A DNA stretch of 64,000 nt from Marsupella aquatica (Eukaryota; Plantae; Marchantiophyta). Each line of letters starts with the position of its first letter. Position 1 is the stretch's first letter. The stretch lies in the NCBI GenBank assembly GCA_973895155.1, contig OZ316894.1, forward strand, positions 13,697,580 through 13,761,579, written 5' to 3'. Position numbers and translations under genes: made by a program. Of the stretch, positions 1 through 11,700 are shown one piece after another. The notes under the pieces were generated by a model. The model saw nothing but the letters and a program-made list of their open reading frames with translations. It was not told the origin of the DNA and ran no database searches.

Positions 1-540
1 TCTGGAATGTCATTTTGTACATAGTACGTTTATTTGGGAGTCACAGTTGGACCCTTCCCAAACTAGCGATATCGCTAGTATAGAACTGCCTCTACATTTC
101 AGATCAATCTTCGATGTGTTCATCTTAGATAATCAATTCGACAAAGTATTACTGCAACAACTTCAGGGATTACTTCCCTCCCAAGAACACATCCTATCAC
201 TCTATAGTAAACTTTATTGCATCCTAAATTCCGTTGATCAGACTAGCGATATCGCTAGCAAAAAACTGGCATCATTTTAATTAATGATCAAACCGTGAAC
301 TCTATACATACTTGTCGATAGGTTAACACGGCTGGAAGTTGGATGTTTCTGTCAGGATGTTGCAGACTTCCTAAGACGAGAGATTGCTAGCCATAAACAA
401 CAAACTCAAACACCATAAAGTTACCATTATGGACCTCGCTAACATTATGATTCACTCGGTGAAAACAGATTGATATTTGTGAAACCACAAACTCGAGTAA
501 TCCATCCCACCACCCTATAATTAGCATCTCCAATAAACGA

Positions 541-3500
541 CTAGTCCCCTATCTGTAACGGAATTAAACTCCTCACTTCCCCAATAGTCACAATCGGCTG
601 TTTGACAAGGTCGTCCTTCTCCAGGTTGAGTGAAAACTTGTTTAAATACACCCACAACAGATGTTTACAAGACATGTATGGTTTTCCTCGTGTATGCCTC
701 TTATAAAAGTCTTCACAAGAACACGAAGGGAAACAACAGATTTGCACCCAATATGTGTGCGGAACTTGTGAATCAGTCTCGTGAGTGGCGATCAAGTATC
801 TCCAACCCCATCCATTTCTGGCAATTACCTTCTCATTTCCGACAACTCTCATGTATTCTTGTGTAGCGGAAACGATGCGCTTGAGCAACTCTGGAGTATT
901 GCTGAAACGCTATCGTGCACCCTTACCATTTCGGGTTTTCAACCGACGGTCCACATTAGTTAGATCGATTCGTTCGGGGAATGAGTTAACATCAATTCGT
1001 AGGTTGACCCGATTGGGGGACAGGAACTCTCCAACTTGATTTGCTTCCACATAGGAGAGTCCACTGATCTAGAATCCTAATCCCAGCAGAAACTCTATCT
1101 CGGGATGGGAGAGGCAAGTCCCACACTGAACCTTGAGCGACTCGGGTGGGGGGGGTAGTTGAGCTATAGTTCTGTGTCCTTGGCTCTTGTGACACCTATT
1201 GTTAGGACAGAATTACAACAACTAGCGATGTGGAGACGATAATCGCAACCCGTGAATGGTGACTCCAACAATTCCCCCTTGCGCGGACTTACATCCAGTC
1301 TCCTTGATGAGATTTCTACATTCATCTCTTCCAAAAATGCTTCGGTCAACCGACCCGTTGCAAATAGGTCCAACACCGCTACCGCTCCGCCTGAGATGCC
1401 AGGTCCCATAAGGAACATCAACCTCTCGGATGGAAGGGATCCTTTGGGGGGCATCCCGATGGTCATCCCCGACATCACACAAAGGTTGAGTCCCCATCTT
1501 CTTGGTATCATTGACATTACGACTTGCATCATCACCATCGTCATCTGAAATATGGATAACTCCAGCGGAACAACCTCCGACAGGGGTTGCCAAAGTTGTA
1601 TTATTTGCTATTTCTGGGTCCGCATAAGTCTCCGAAACATTGATGAAGCAAAATTCAGGATAGAGATTATGCCTTTTTAGTCCTGAAGGAGAAGCTATTG
1701 TGCGTGACACCTTGTCATGTTTGTGGGAGTCATTCTTGTGGATTGTAGCTGAAGCTTTCCCTTTCCTCTTCGTGGATGTTGTTCGGAGATCACCATGTAA
1801 TGGAATTGTTCTATAGAATTCATACTTAGCTGAAGACTCAAGCAAAAGATTTGCTGCCTTTTCGTAAGCATCCATGGATCCCATAGCATCGGCGTTCCTA
1901 TATGCTAATTCAAAAATGGTCGGCCCCTGGCCTCTGTGAACATCTTCACTGTAGACAGTAAAAGCAGCAATTTGCCCCGCAGCACGATTCTGGTCCACCT
2001 CACATGCTTCAATCAATCCCACTAGTTTCTTCATTTGGCAGGATCTCATGGATGCATGGACTGATTCAGCTCTAGTACAATTTGGCATCAAGGCTGACTC
2101 CATTGCGGTTTGCGTCTGCAAAAAAGTAGTCCCCAGTCAGACCTAATATGCTAGCGAGGTCGCCAGCAAAAACAATGACGTCAAAGAGAAATGAAATTGG
2201 ACACTTACTACGCAGATGAAGTTCCCCCACTGCCTCCACCTCACGACCCACCAAGATAACCATCCTTGGAGAGACTTCAATTTCCCAGCATAGCAATTTC
2301 CTTCCTTCCACCAACGATGGATTTCGTCAGCAACACGGTAGGCCTGAACATATGTTGGTGCTGTTCTCAGCCTTTCCCACAGTTTATAGTGCTCTCGATG
2401 GCGATCTTCCCGAATACCCTCCAATGTGTGACGACAAAGAGATTGAGCAAAGTGAAAGGCGTCACTGTGCTCCTTCTGTGGGTGACGGACACCTCCAAAA
2501 AAACATTCCGAATAGCGATCCATCCAGCCTCGGCATTATCGGCAATAAATCCTCCAATGAGTGGGTCATGCATGTCATGATCAGAGGCAACTTCAATCAT
2601 ATATCTCCATGCGGTTTCAAGAGATAAGGAGTCCTCCGCACGGAGCTCACAAGTGAAGATGGTACAAAGGGACCTGTAATTATGGTCGTACACATGGGCG
2701 CTGAAAGTCAGCCACCCAATGCTTATTCTCCGCATTACATCAGAACTGACCCATGCTCCTTCCAACTCACCTCCACTCTTCATCTGCCTGAGAATATCGA
2801 CACCAGAAGTTGGGCCATTTGTACTCATTTTGAAGACATGAGTCCTATCGGTCTTGCTCCCCTGGCCAGGGAAAAGGTACCTCTAAATGTAAGGAAAATT
2901 ATTCCGGGCTTGCATCTCACGAAGAGAATCCAACTCACCTTTTTTTGGGTTATCCATTTTCACGCTCTGGAATATGGCCTGGAATTTCTCAACAGTGGAC
3001 ACAACCTTCATCGATTCCCATATCTCTCTCTCTTCTTCTTTTGATAGTTCTGAAGAAGACTCTAGATGCAAAAGAGAAACCAGGTTTCCTATAGACTTGT
3101 TAAGAACACGCCCTGGCGTACACACGGGATTTGCTTTATGAACACCAGAAACTATCTCCTCCGCCTGCTTTTTTGCCAATCAAGATTTCCCTTTCCAAAC
3201 AACGTGGTCATGGAAACCCATGTGAACAGCCAATCGAGACATATGTTTTGCAACATTTGACTCAAGAGACGGCTTAGGATAGACGTACAAAAGTTTAGCC
3301 GGACATTCATGGATGCAGAGAGGCCTCTCCTCACAGAATCCGCACACCAACCCTCCTTCCTCCACAAGCTCACCAAGATGAAACGGCTCAGTAAATTGTC
3401 CCTTTCCTCGAAAGGAAGAGTCATTTTTTGAACCGGTGTGCTTCAACTTTCTACAGACCAGATTTTGACATTCAAGTACACCAACACATCTGACGTTTGA

Positions 3501-4271
3501 CACAGACCAGTGATTGCAAGGTTTGAGATTAGCTGAAGTTGTGAGAAGTCTCGTCCATGGGTAGCCGTCATTATCCCTATCCATGTCCTGAAGACCATAT
3601 CCTCGACGAAATTGACCTTCGACCGGAGGAAGCTCAAAAATGCAGTTTCCGTTGTATGAAGTGGGCAAAGTTTGCACTTGAATCTCCTTCCAATCGTTTC
3701 CCCTGCGGAAATTTGCCAACTCGCTTGACCCAGTAATATTGAGGAAGGCATCATATGCACTAACTCGATAAAGAACTGGCTGAGATTGAAACTCATTTTG
3801 ACTCACTGCTTCAAAAACAGCTTTCTCAAAAGACTTTGTCGACACAGAAGAGAGATCCCGACCCACACTCTCAGGGGAGATGTCGATAATTTCAGGTACT
3901 GCAGGTGACGGGCGAGTCGGGGATTCTGGATTGAAAACATTGATATGTGCAATGTCATCCTTACATGAGACTAGCTCTACAGCTGAACCACACTTCAGGT
4001 CCCAAGCCCTCTCTGGCAATATTCCTGAACCATTATCCGACACCTCGTGACTTCTGGATCCATTCCGAGAGTAAAGAACGAACAACTTCCACATGAAATC
4101 ATCTTTCAAAAGCCCAAACCTCGATGAGAGAAAAGACTCCTTGATAGACATAATAGTATTCTCCGGAACATCCAGAACAACATCACCCGTCGTCTTTCTC
4201 TCGATCAAATCTTCGATCCCAATGAAGACATGCTGACAGTTTTGGACATTACAGTCTACAACAATCCTCAA
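541..4271 (-). pseudogene. Mutator-like (MULE) DDE transposase with N-terminal Cys/His-rich (WRKY/GCM-like) domain and C-terminal SWIM zinc finger; disrupted
   Basis: Joined ORFs 3180-4271, 2883-3179, 2367-2828, 2143-2523, 1222-2121 and 541-888 give FPGQG..VFKMS..GP.SGVD, WVSSD (D1), GFIADNAEAGW (D2), DAFHFAQSL (D/C-x2-H), RAESVHASM (E) and SWIM CSCEDF...CKH. In-frame GT-AG intron at 2116-2208. Stops at 3180, 2883, 1069 and 910; frameshift in the A7 run at 2497-2503. The start codon is uncertain. Confidence 0.85.
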
Positions 4272-6024
4272 ATGTGAGATACTTCGCTCTCTTCTTTCTC
4301 CAAATACATATGAGGAAACGTGCTTGTGTAGGCGTTGGACTCAACGTATTTGTTTAATAAATGCCTCTTATTCCCGTTATCTGACCGTTATTTTGTCTTA
4401 TATGACACTATTTACGGAATGATAAAGCTAGCAAGATAGCTAGCTCAATGAACCAAGTAAAATGGTTCAAAACCTTACAAAACACCCTTCACGAGTTCAT
4501 GGATTTAGTGATCAATTTTTGGCTAGCGATGTCGCTAGCAAAAATAGTTTCTCATAAGAGACCATTATGACCGTTTATATCCGTTGCAATTGGTCAATGG
4601 GTACCTATATGTCAACGGTACGGTACAATACCAGACACTTGTCTCTTTGTCATTAGATACTTTTCTTTCAATCGTGAGTTCGGTGGTTCGTATTTCCGGA
4701 AGTACATGTATACCTGACAGTGTCTGAAAAATGATTGCGAGGAGAGTCGTACAGAATATATGTATCTCTTTTCACGACCGGGCGCTGCATTCAGGTGAAA
4801 GCAACAGATGAGGGTACGATTTTGTCTTTGACTGGAAGATCGATTCTCGGGTTTCTTTACGTTCGCAAAGCGTGTCGCCCTCGACCTTGACTTGTTCATA
4901 CCCTTATCACTTCACGGACCCACTGATGGAGCCATTGTCTTCACCCGAGAGCTTGTCATCAATAGGATCATTCAAGTCAGTCGAGTCAAGCCGGAGGGAG
5001 ACAAGGTCTTCAGCGAACAAGGAGGCGCTCCAGGCGGGATTGAAAATACGGAGGAGGTCCAAGATGGTGAACCAAGTAGGTGTTGTGAATCCTACGTTTC
5101 AACCTGGAGCTTCAGAACCCTATTCTGTTGTCATGTCGTCGGCTTTGGCCTTAACTCGGGCTTTAGCTTAGACGGGCACATCCTTCGTAAATATGAGGGT
5201 TCGGGCAGGGAGGGAAGCACGTAATGCACCTAATTCATGTAAACTAGCGCTAAGTGCACCTACTGTTAGATACGGACACCTCCTAGGTATGGTTTGTGTT
5301 CCGCCGCCGGAACATACCTTAGTCGATAGCAGGATCGACCCCGGCTTAAGGGCTTCTAAGCCTTTATGTTGTCCGCCTTCAATCCGGATTTGATGATACA
5401 GGTCCTCAACCCGTGCTCGCAACCACTTACCCGCAAGCTGCACCTCGTGCACGATTCGGGTAGTGCGTTCGGCCCGGCGTTGTCACCTATACACAAGATT
5501 CACCCATACATATACACGCACAAGCATACAATCTCGATTTACACGAAGGAAATGGTGGGAAAGGATTTTACTACATAGGGGACATATGCGTACACTTGAT
5601 TGACCCGACAGCTCTGGAGTGAACAGGTCCAAGGCCGAGGGTGTACACTACAACGGAGCCCGGCTCCGCACTCGCCCAGCGAGCTTAGTCCTACCCCCTC
5701 CCCTTGGTACTCTTCCACTCCCAGAGGTCGGGACTCCTTGCACATACCGCGGATGTCCAATTTGAGACTAGAAAAACCCCCCTGCCTCTACCGAGGGGTG
5801 CACTAAATACTAAGGGCTGAGGAACGGGGTGGCCTCCTGTCCGAAGATTCGCTGACTTAGGTCCTAACTAAGCTGATTGTCAGGCCAAAAAACGACTGTG
5901 TCTTATTAGAAGATCCTAATCTATGTAGGCTGGACAGCATGGCAGTGCTGCTGTAACTAAGGCAGGTGCCTGTCCCAATAGCCTGACTTAGTATTCCTAA
6001 CCCTATTCTATTCCTACTCCGCCG

Positions 6025-8229
6025 CTAATGCCTGGCACGCTTGCCAGAGCCGCTTGAGTGGGAGCGGCCATCCCGCTGCTTACAAAGTCTGTCGTTGTTC
6101 GCCTGGAGGAGCTGGACCTGGTCCAGCAGAGATTTGTTCTCTTGCTTCGCCGCGTCTGTCTCCTCCACTGCCTCCTGGCATGCCTCCTCCAGCTGCTGGG
6201 CATCGCTCGTCAACTTGCCCGCCAGCTGGTCCTGCTTCTCGGCTTCGGTTTGGAGCCGTGCCACTTTGGCCTGTAGCGTGGCTATCTCTGCAGTGTCCCG
6301 CTGGGCCCGTTTTTCGGCCTCCTCCAGGTCTTTCTGCCAGATGACAGTTTGATTCTTCAAACTGTCAATCTGGTTCCGGAGTCGTGCAATCTTGGCCTCG
6401 TTCCCAGCTTTGGCCTATTCAGCTAGGGCGGTAAGGGCGTGCGCCTTTGCTAACAACTCATCGGCGGCTGCAACTTTGGGTCGTAGTTGCAGAAGCTCAG
6501 CCTCTTGAGCCGCAACTTCGTTCTTTAAGTATACGGACTCCACCCGATACCGCTCTATCCTCTGAAGGGCCTCTGACTGGGCCCGACCTACCTTTACTAC
6601 GGCAACCAACTCCTGATTGAAGAAACAAGCTACCTTCTGGGCCATGAACTCCCCGGTATCCCGGGCAATTTGATGAGAGAAATCTCCCAGAAACCCGTTC
6701 AGAAATGTACCCGATATGAAGAGTTCCGGGTGGTCCAGGTTGTGCCTGTCTGGAGTTGGGCACGGGCAGACGTCAACACGCGCGGGGGCCGGGGCAGTGA
6801 CATCCAGCCCTAGGGACGTAGTGTTGGAAGGTGTTGGAGTGTCCTCCTGCAGCAATGTCCGGTTCTCCGGAATAGCCACTGGTGGGTCTTTGGGAGACCC
6901 GGGCTCGAGTAAGGCCTCCGCTGTACCAACTTCTGTACTTGGCCCGGCCTGTTGGATCGCATCTACGGTTGCGATAACTGACCCATCCGGTACCTCCTCG
7001 GTTACGACTACAGCTACTTGTGGAGGTGGGGTGGGTGAAGCCTGCGTGTCCGCTGGACTTCGGGCCTCGGGTTGGGGCCGTCTCTCCAAGGCCGGAAAAA
7101 CCCACCTAGCTGGGACCAGCTTTGTAACGTTGACACGGGGAAGGGTTCGTCGATCAAACCGAGCGTACCACTCGAGAATGATCTCGATGTGGCTAGCGAA
7201 ATACGCCTTCCCGCCAATGTATAGTGTCTTTCTTTGCCGCTCCATCTCTTCATGGAATTTCTTAGTAAAGTATGACGCCCACTTCCTAGGTCGATAGTTC
7301 TCGACCTGGATAACCTGGGCAGCGGAGATCTCACCCCGGGGTTCCATCATGTGGAGGGCGTACCTTTGGAACTCCAATCGCTCAGCTATCTCGGGGATGA
7401 GGCAAGTCCTCATCACGAACCCGTTGTCCACTGCTCCCTCTGAGGGAAAACTCGAGGATTGGTACTTGGCTCCCTTGCCCTCGGGAGCCCGTGATTCGAC
7501 TCGATGGTCACCTTCGGGTAACCCGAAGATCATCTTGAGCCGTTCTTCCGTGAGGGACATATTCCTTCCCCGCAGCCGAGTATGTTGACGTGCGTCATCA
7601 TAATTCTTGATGAATTCCGTCATGTCCTCCCCATAGTACCTGCAAGTGTTTCAGGGGAGAGATGCGAGGTGCTCGAATCCCTGAGTCTTCAGGTACACCG
7701 CATGCTTGGGATGGAGGATGTTTTTATGCACATTTTCCCCCATGCGATGCATTGTCACCTTGGCCACGGCTACCGTGGCCAATGGTAACCCGGATGCAGC
7801 AGCGGGTTCCTTCCTCTTCTTCCCCCGTGACTGGCTCGGGGAGGGTGACACCTCCCCATCCTCTCGATCGGGCATAGGTAGTGCTACTGCCGTTAGTATT
7901 GGGCCCGGGGCGGCCACGGTCACCGTGTTGTCTGTTGGAGCCGCTCCTTGGGTCCGAGCATTGGGAGGGGACGATGTAGTGTCGGCCCCCTGAGTGTTTG
8001 CTCCTTTGGGCCGCCTGAGCAAGGGTGGGGTAGCCTCGTCGTCGTCGCTAAGGTCCACAGCGTTGATGACGGAGCATACTTGTACTGGCGGGGCGATCGG
8101 CGGTGGGGGTTGGCTAGGCTGAGGCTGAGATTGAGACTGAAGCTGAGCCTGAGCCTGAGTCTGCGTTGGTGCGGGTACGGGTATGGGGTCGACTGGGCCG
8201 GCGCCGGCGGTTGAGGGTCTAGTTCCCAT
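6025..8229 (-). pseudogene. ORF2 of the solo-LTR-like element (about 734 codons: P/Q-rich N-terminus, retrotransposon accessory-ORF-like domain, C-terminal coiled coil)
   Basis: ORFs 7651-8229, 6415-7623 and 6025-6360 share one frame and are separated only by single stops. LRGRNMSLTEERLKMIFGLP resembles plant Ty3/gypsy extra-ORF domains. A homologue lies at 37300-38720. Confidence 0.7.
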
Positions 8230-8235
8230 GAAGCT

Positions 8236-8673
8236 CTACAGGTGCTGGTAGAAGTTCTCCGAAGCAAGTGCAGACGACCTTGTCGAACGGGTAGTGCTAG
8301 ACTCGCTGTTGATGATAGCCCGAACCTGAGCAGGGATGTGGTCAAAGTGATGTCGTTGCAAGTCGATCGTACCCGGGATATTGAAGACCTCATCCGAAAG
8401 CCAAAGCAATGCTTCCCAGAAACCGATATATTTGTCTCCGTTGAAGAAGTACCTAGATACCTCTGCTGGTCGGTAAAGCTCGCTCTGAGACGGGTAGTCA
8501 AAGTTAAGGATATAGTGGTGTCGTCCTGCTAGGCGGATGGCTCTCTCATACTTGCGCTCGATTTCGTATCGGCGCGGGTTGGCATGTTTCAATGAGTCGG
8601 CCAAGTGTCTTCTGGTAGATAGGAACTGCGTCCAGAATCGAATGGCCGAACTGGAGAGGATTGTGTGCGACAT
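8236..8673 (-). CDS. ORF1 of the solo-LTR-like element, unknown function (145 aa)
   Basis: Intact ATG ORF about 90 bp downstream of a TATAAAA box; a diverged homologue at 35418-35813 shares the F-x3-G-x3-L-x4-F-x2-IP pattern. Confidence 0.55.
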   Translation of the reverse strand: MSHTILSSSAIRFWTQFLSTRRHLADSLKHANPRRYEIERKYERAIRLAGRHHYILNFDYPSQSELYRPAEVSRYFFNGDKYIGFWEALLWLSDEVFNIPGTIDLQRHHFDHIPAQVRAIINSESSTTRSTRSSALASENFYQHL

Positions 8674-8762
8674 TCAGAGGAGATAGCAGTGGCGACTAAG
8701 AGCGAACGAGAGAGCTGGGCGCGTGGACTGATGGACTGGTGCACTACAAAGGGTCGGCTCCC

Positions 8763-8770
8763 TTTTTATA
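8763..8770 (-). promoter_or_regulatory. Candidate TATA box for ORF1/ORF2
   Basis: Minus-strand GTATAAAAAGG about 90 bp upstream of the ORF1 ATG. Confidence 0.45.
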
Positions 8771-11700
8771 CCTTGAGGGCTTGTCGATCCCCTGACGTCT
8801 CCTGGTTGCCTATAGGCTGAACCGTTCACGCTTGTAGTGTATCGGCCACTCCGCCGGTCTGAGTCAGCGTGTGTCAGTGGTTGCTTCCCTAAGTTCGTTA
8901 TACGGACCCGAGGGAGGGGCCCCTCCACGCTCGCAACCCGGGCGTGTGAATGGCGACACGCTGCCAGTCCGAACATGAATTCCCCTTATTGACTAATGAT
9001 TTCCTACTCATAATGGTTACCTAAATACTGTCGTTATGCTAATTATAGCGGCCTAAGATACCCCTAACGTGCATGCTAAGCGCGGTCCAGACTGAATTAC
9101 TCATTATTCACCGTACCGACGGCGTCACATCTGTTGTCATCAATCGCCATCTTTTCCCCTTTGGAAATGACAAATTTGGATTCCCCCTCGCTCCTCCGAG
9201 GATTCCCCTTTGTAGAATGCAAAACATGCAGATCGTTCGGTCCTTGCAAACAAACTCGACTGCGATCGAGACACTCAAGAATGAATTCCGGACGCAGGGA
9301 TACATCGAGGATGCGCCTCGATTTTACGTCCAAATGACCGGCGAAGATGGCGTTGTCCAGATGTGCGAGGATGTGATTTGGGAGTCGTGGGATGACATGT
9401 GGATTCTTCAGAATGAAGAATTCGAGAGGGAATGTGATTCTCACGAGGCTTTCAAAATTTTGAAAGACAAAATGTTCTGTGTTTTTGATGGAAATCATCG
9501 TCTGTACTCATGGATGCAGCTTGCGGACGAGAATCCCCATGATGTCAAATATCATCCTTGAGTTGTTTGCCGAATTTTCAAGGGTGACAAGAACTCATTC
9601 ATTCAGATTGAGTCGGCGATGCATGCGCTGAATAGGTTTGTTTCTTTTCCTTCAAGCAGTGAATTGTAAATAAAATTCTTTCAGTTCCTCTTGTTAGCGA
9701 TCTCGCTGACCTGTTTCTTTTGTTCAGGTTGACTCAATGTCACGTTGAGAATTCTTGGGTCCTTGAAGCAGAGAGAGTCCAGAAGGTGCTCAATAATGAC
9801 CTTTCTGTATACAAAGATATCATCGATGCAGACAACTACAAACTTTTCCAGCAGAAGATGGCAAATATCAGGAAACCGGCTTGGTATTCGAAGAACATGA
9901 CACTCGATGCCTGCACGTACATTATGTCTGTTGCTAATATTGCAACGCAGACGGAAGATTTGAAAAAGAAGTTCCAGTTGAAAGAAGTGCAAGGAGAACC
10001 TCTTTCAAAAGCTGCGCAAGACATGGCTATGAAAGACATGATGAAGGAGCAACTAGCAGATTGGAATGTGAAGGTGCTAAAGATTGGACCTCTCCTGAAT
10101 CCTGAGTTTGGTGACTTTTTCCAGAAGTGTGTTGAGATGCACAACTACTGCGAACATGAGAGGAAGGAGGCCCAATGAACAGACGATAAAGGAAGGGGTA
10201 ATGTGTCATGTGGTCTCGATCGTGCAAGGCTATTTATGGGTGTCTCGTCGTTGACTCCGCAGCTCAGATGTGTACTCCTCGAGGCACAATGCAGACCTGA
10301 GCTTCGCAAGAAGTACTTTCACCCTGGTCAATTCTCGGACAGCGAAACAAAACTTTGGCTTCACCGATGGGCTGTATGGGAGCAGGTTGAGTCAATTTGT
10401 TCTTCGCTCATGTTTGAGATTATTTCAGAGTTGATCCCAAGTGTTCCAGATGCAAGGATCCTTACTTCGTCTGAGAAGACAAAGCCATCGCTGATCCTTG
10501 ACATAGAGGAGGACTTTGAAGATTTCCAAACGAGAGTGAAATCTCATTTTTTCAAACACATTTGGCCACCAAAGTCGGGTGAGAAGATTGACATCTCACT
10601 TTTTCGGAGGAGGGCAAAGAGATATACGTACATATCGTTTTTTTGTGGATAGAGAAGTTGCTGAAAAAACATATTGGTGGTCCTATCCTGCTTGCTTCTC
10701 GCCTTGGATAGCAGGAGTGAAAGAGGATCCAACCTCCGTTAAATATGGAGAGTACTCGATGTACCCATGTGAGGGAGTGGAGGCTCCAAGGAAGATGAGT
10801 GAGTGGGAAGTCCTTCACTGTCCATGGTATTTAGAATCAGACAAATGGGCAGTGACATTTGACACAGTAGAGAAGGCAGCATTTCATATGATAAATCAAG
10901 ACTTGATACCAAAGTCATACATTACAGAGTCCAAATTAGCCCCTGCAGAAGCCGAGGCTGGCGGATGCGAGGCAATGGAGAAAGCTGTTCTTGGTGTAGC
11001 TGCCATTGTCGACTAGAGTAGATCGAGGAGACCTCGGAAGGTGCCGGTGAAGGATACGTCCAAAGATGGATCAGTCTTGTCTGGGAAGCAAAGTAAGTCT
11101 TTTTCTCCTCTTTTTTTCATACCTCATTCGGAGTAATTTTGTCTCAGTCACCTGTCTGACATTAACATGTTTTTCAGAGAAGAGAAAGGTTGCAGCCTCT
11201 GGGAGTTTGAAGAGTGGGGCGGATGATGGGGAAGAACCCAAGTCTCCTGATGTTGAGGTCACAACAAAATCTGCTGTGGACCTGGGTTCAATCCAGCATT
11301 TAAAGAGGAAGCGCAATGTCCAAATTCTCTCCGACTTGGATGAGGAGGAAGCATGCGTCGCTCAAGGAGTAGCACGAATGTGTGGTCTTAAGAAGGACGG
11401 TGAGAGGCATTTCTTGGCAAAGAGCAATCTCATGGAAACTGCAAACTCAATTAGCCAGAGGAAAGTAAGACCTCCCTGGATGGGCGATGCGGATCAGTGG
11501 TTGTCTGGAATGACCAAATCGAGCGAACACCCAAACGCCGTGATGATCAACGGAAAACATTACGCTGGAATTGGTGCTCACTTGGGTTTCATATTCCTTC
11601 CCATGGGTCATCGAACGAGCGTCACAGACCGGGAGGTCCCGAAGTGGAATGTTTGGAGTGAGAAATTACCATATTATTTCTTTGGAGTCATGCGTCCGAT

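Larger units (their letters stand above)
5129..9129. mobile_element. 4001-bp TG...CA insertion with 5-bp TSD (TCTGT), probably a long solo LTR carrying ORFs
   Basis: TSD tctgt at 5124-5128 and 9130-9134. The ends TGTCATGTCGTCGG and CCGACGGCGTCACA form an imperfect 14-bp inverted repeat. No gag/pol and no internal direct terminal repeats were seen. Excision restores the host reading frame. Confidence 0.85.

Noticed and set aside
6716-8532. Plus-strand and alternative-frame ORFs overlapping LTR ORF1/ORF2
   Set aside because: Shadow ORFs of GC-rich coding sequence with no independent motifs.
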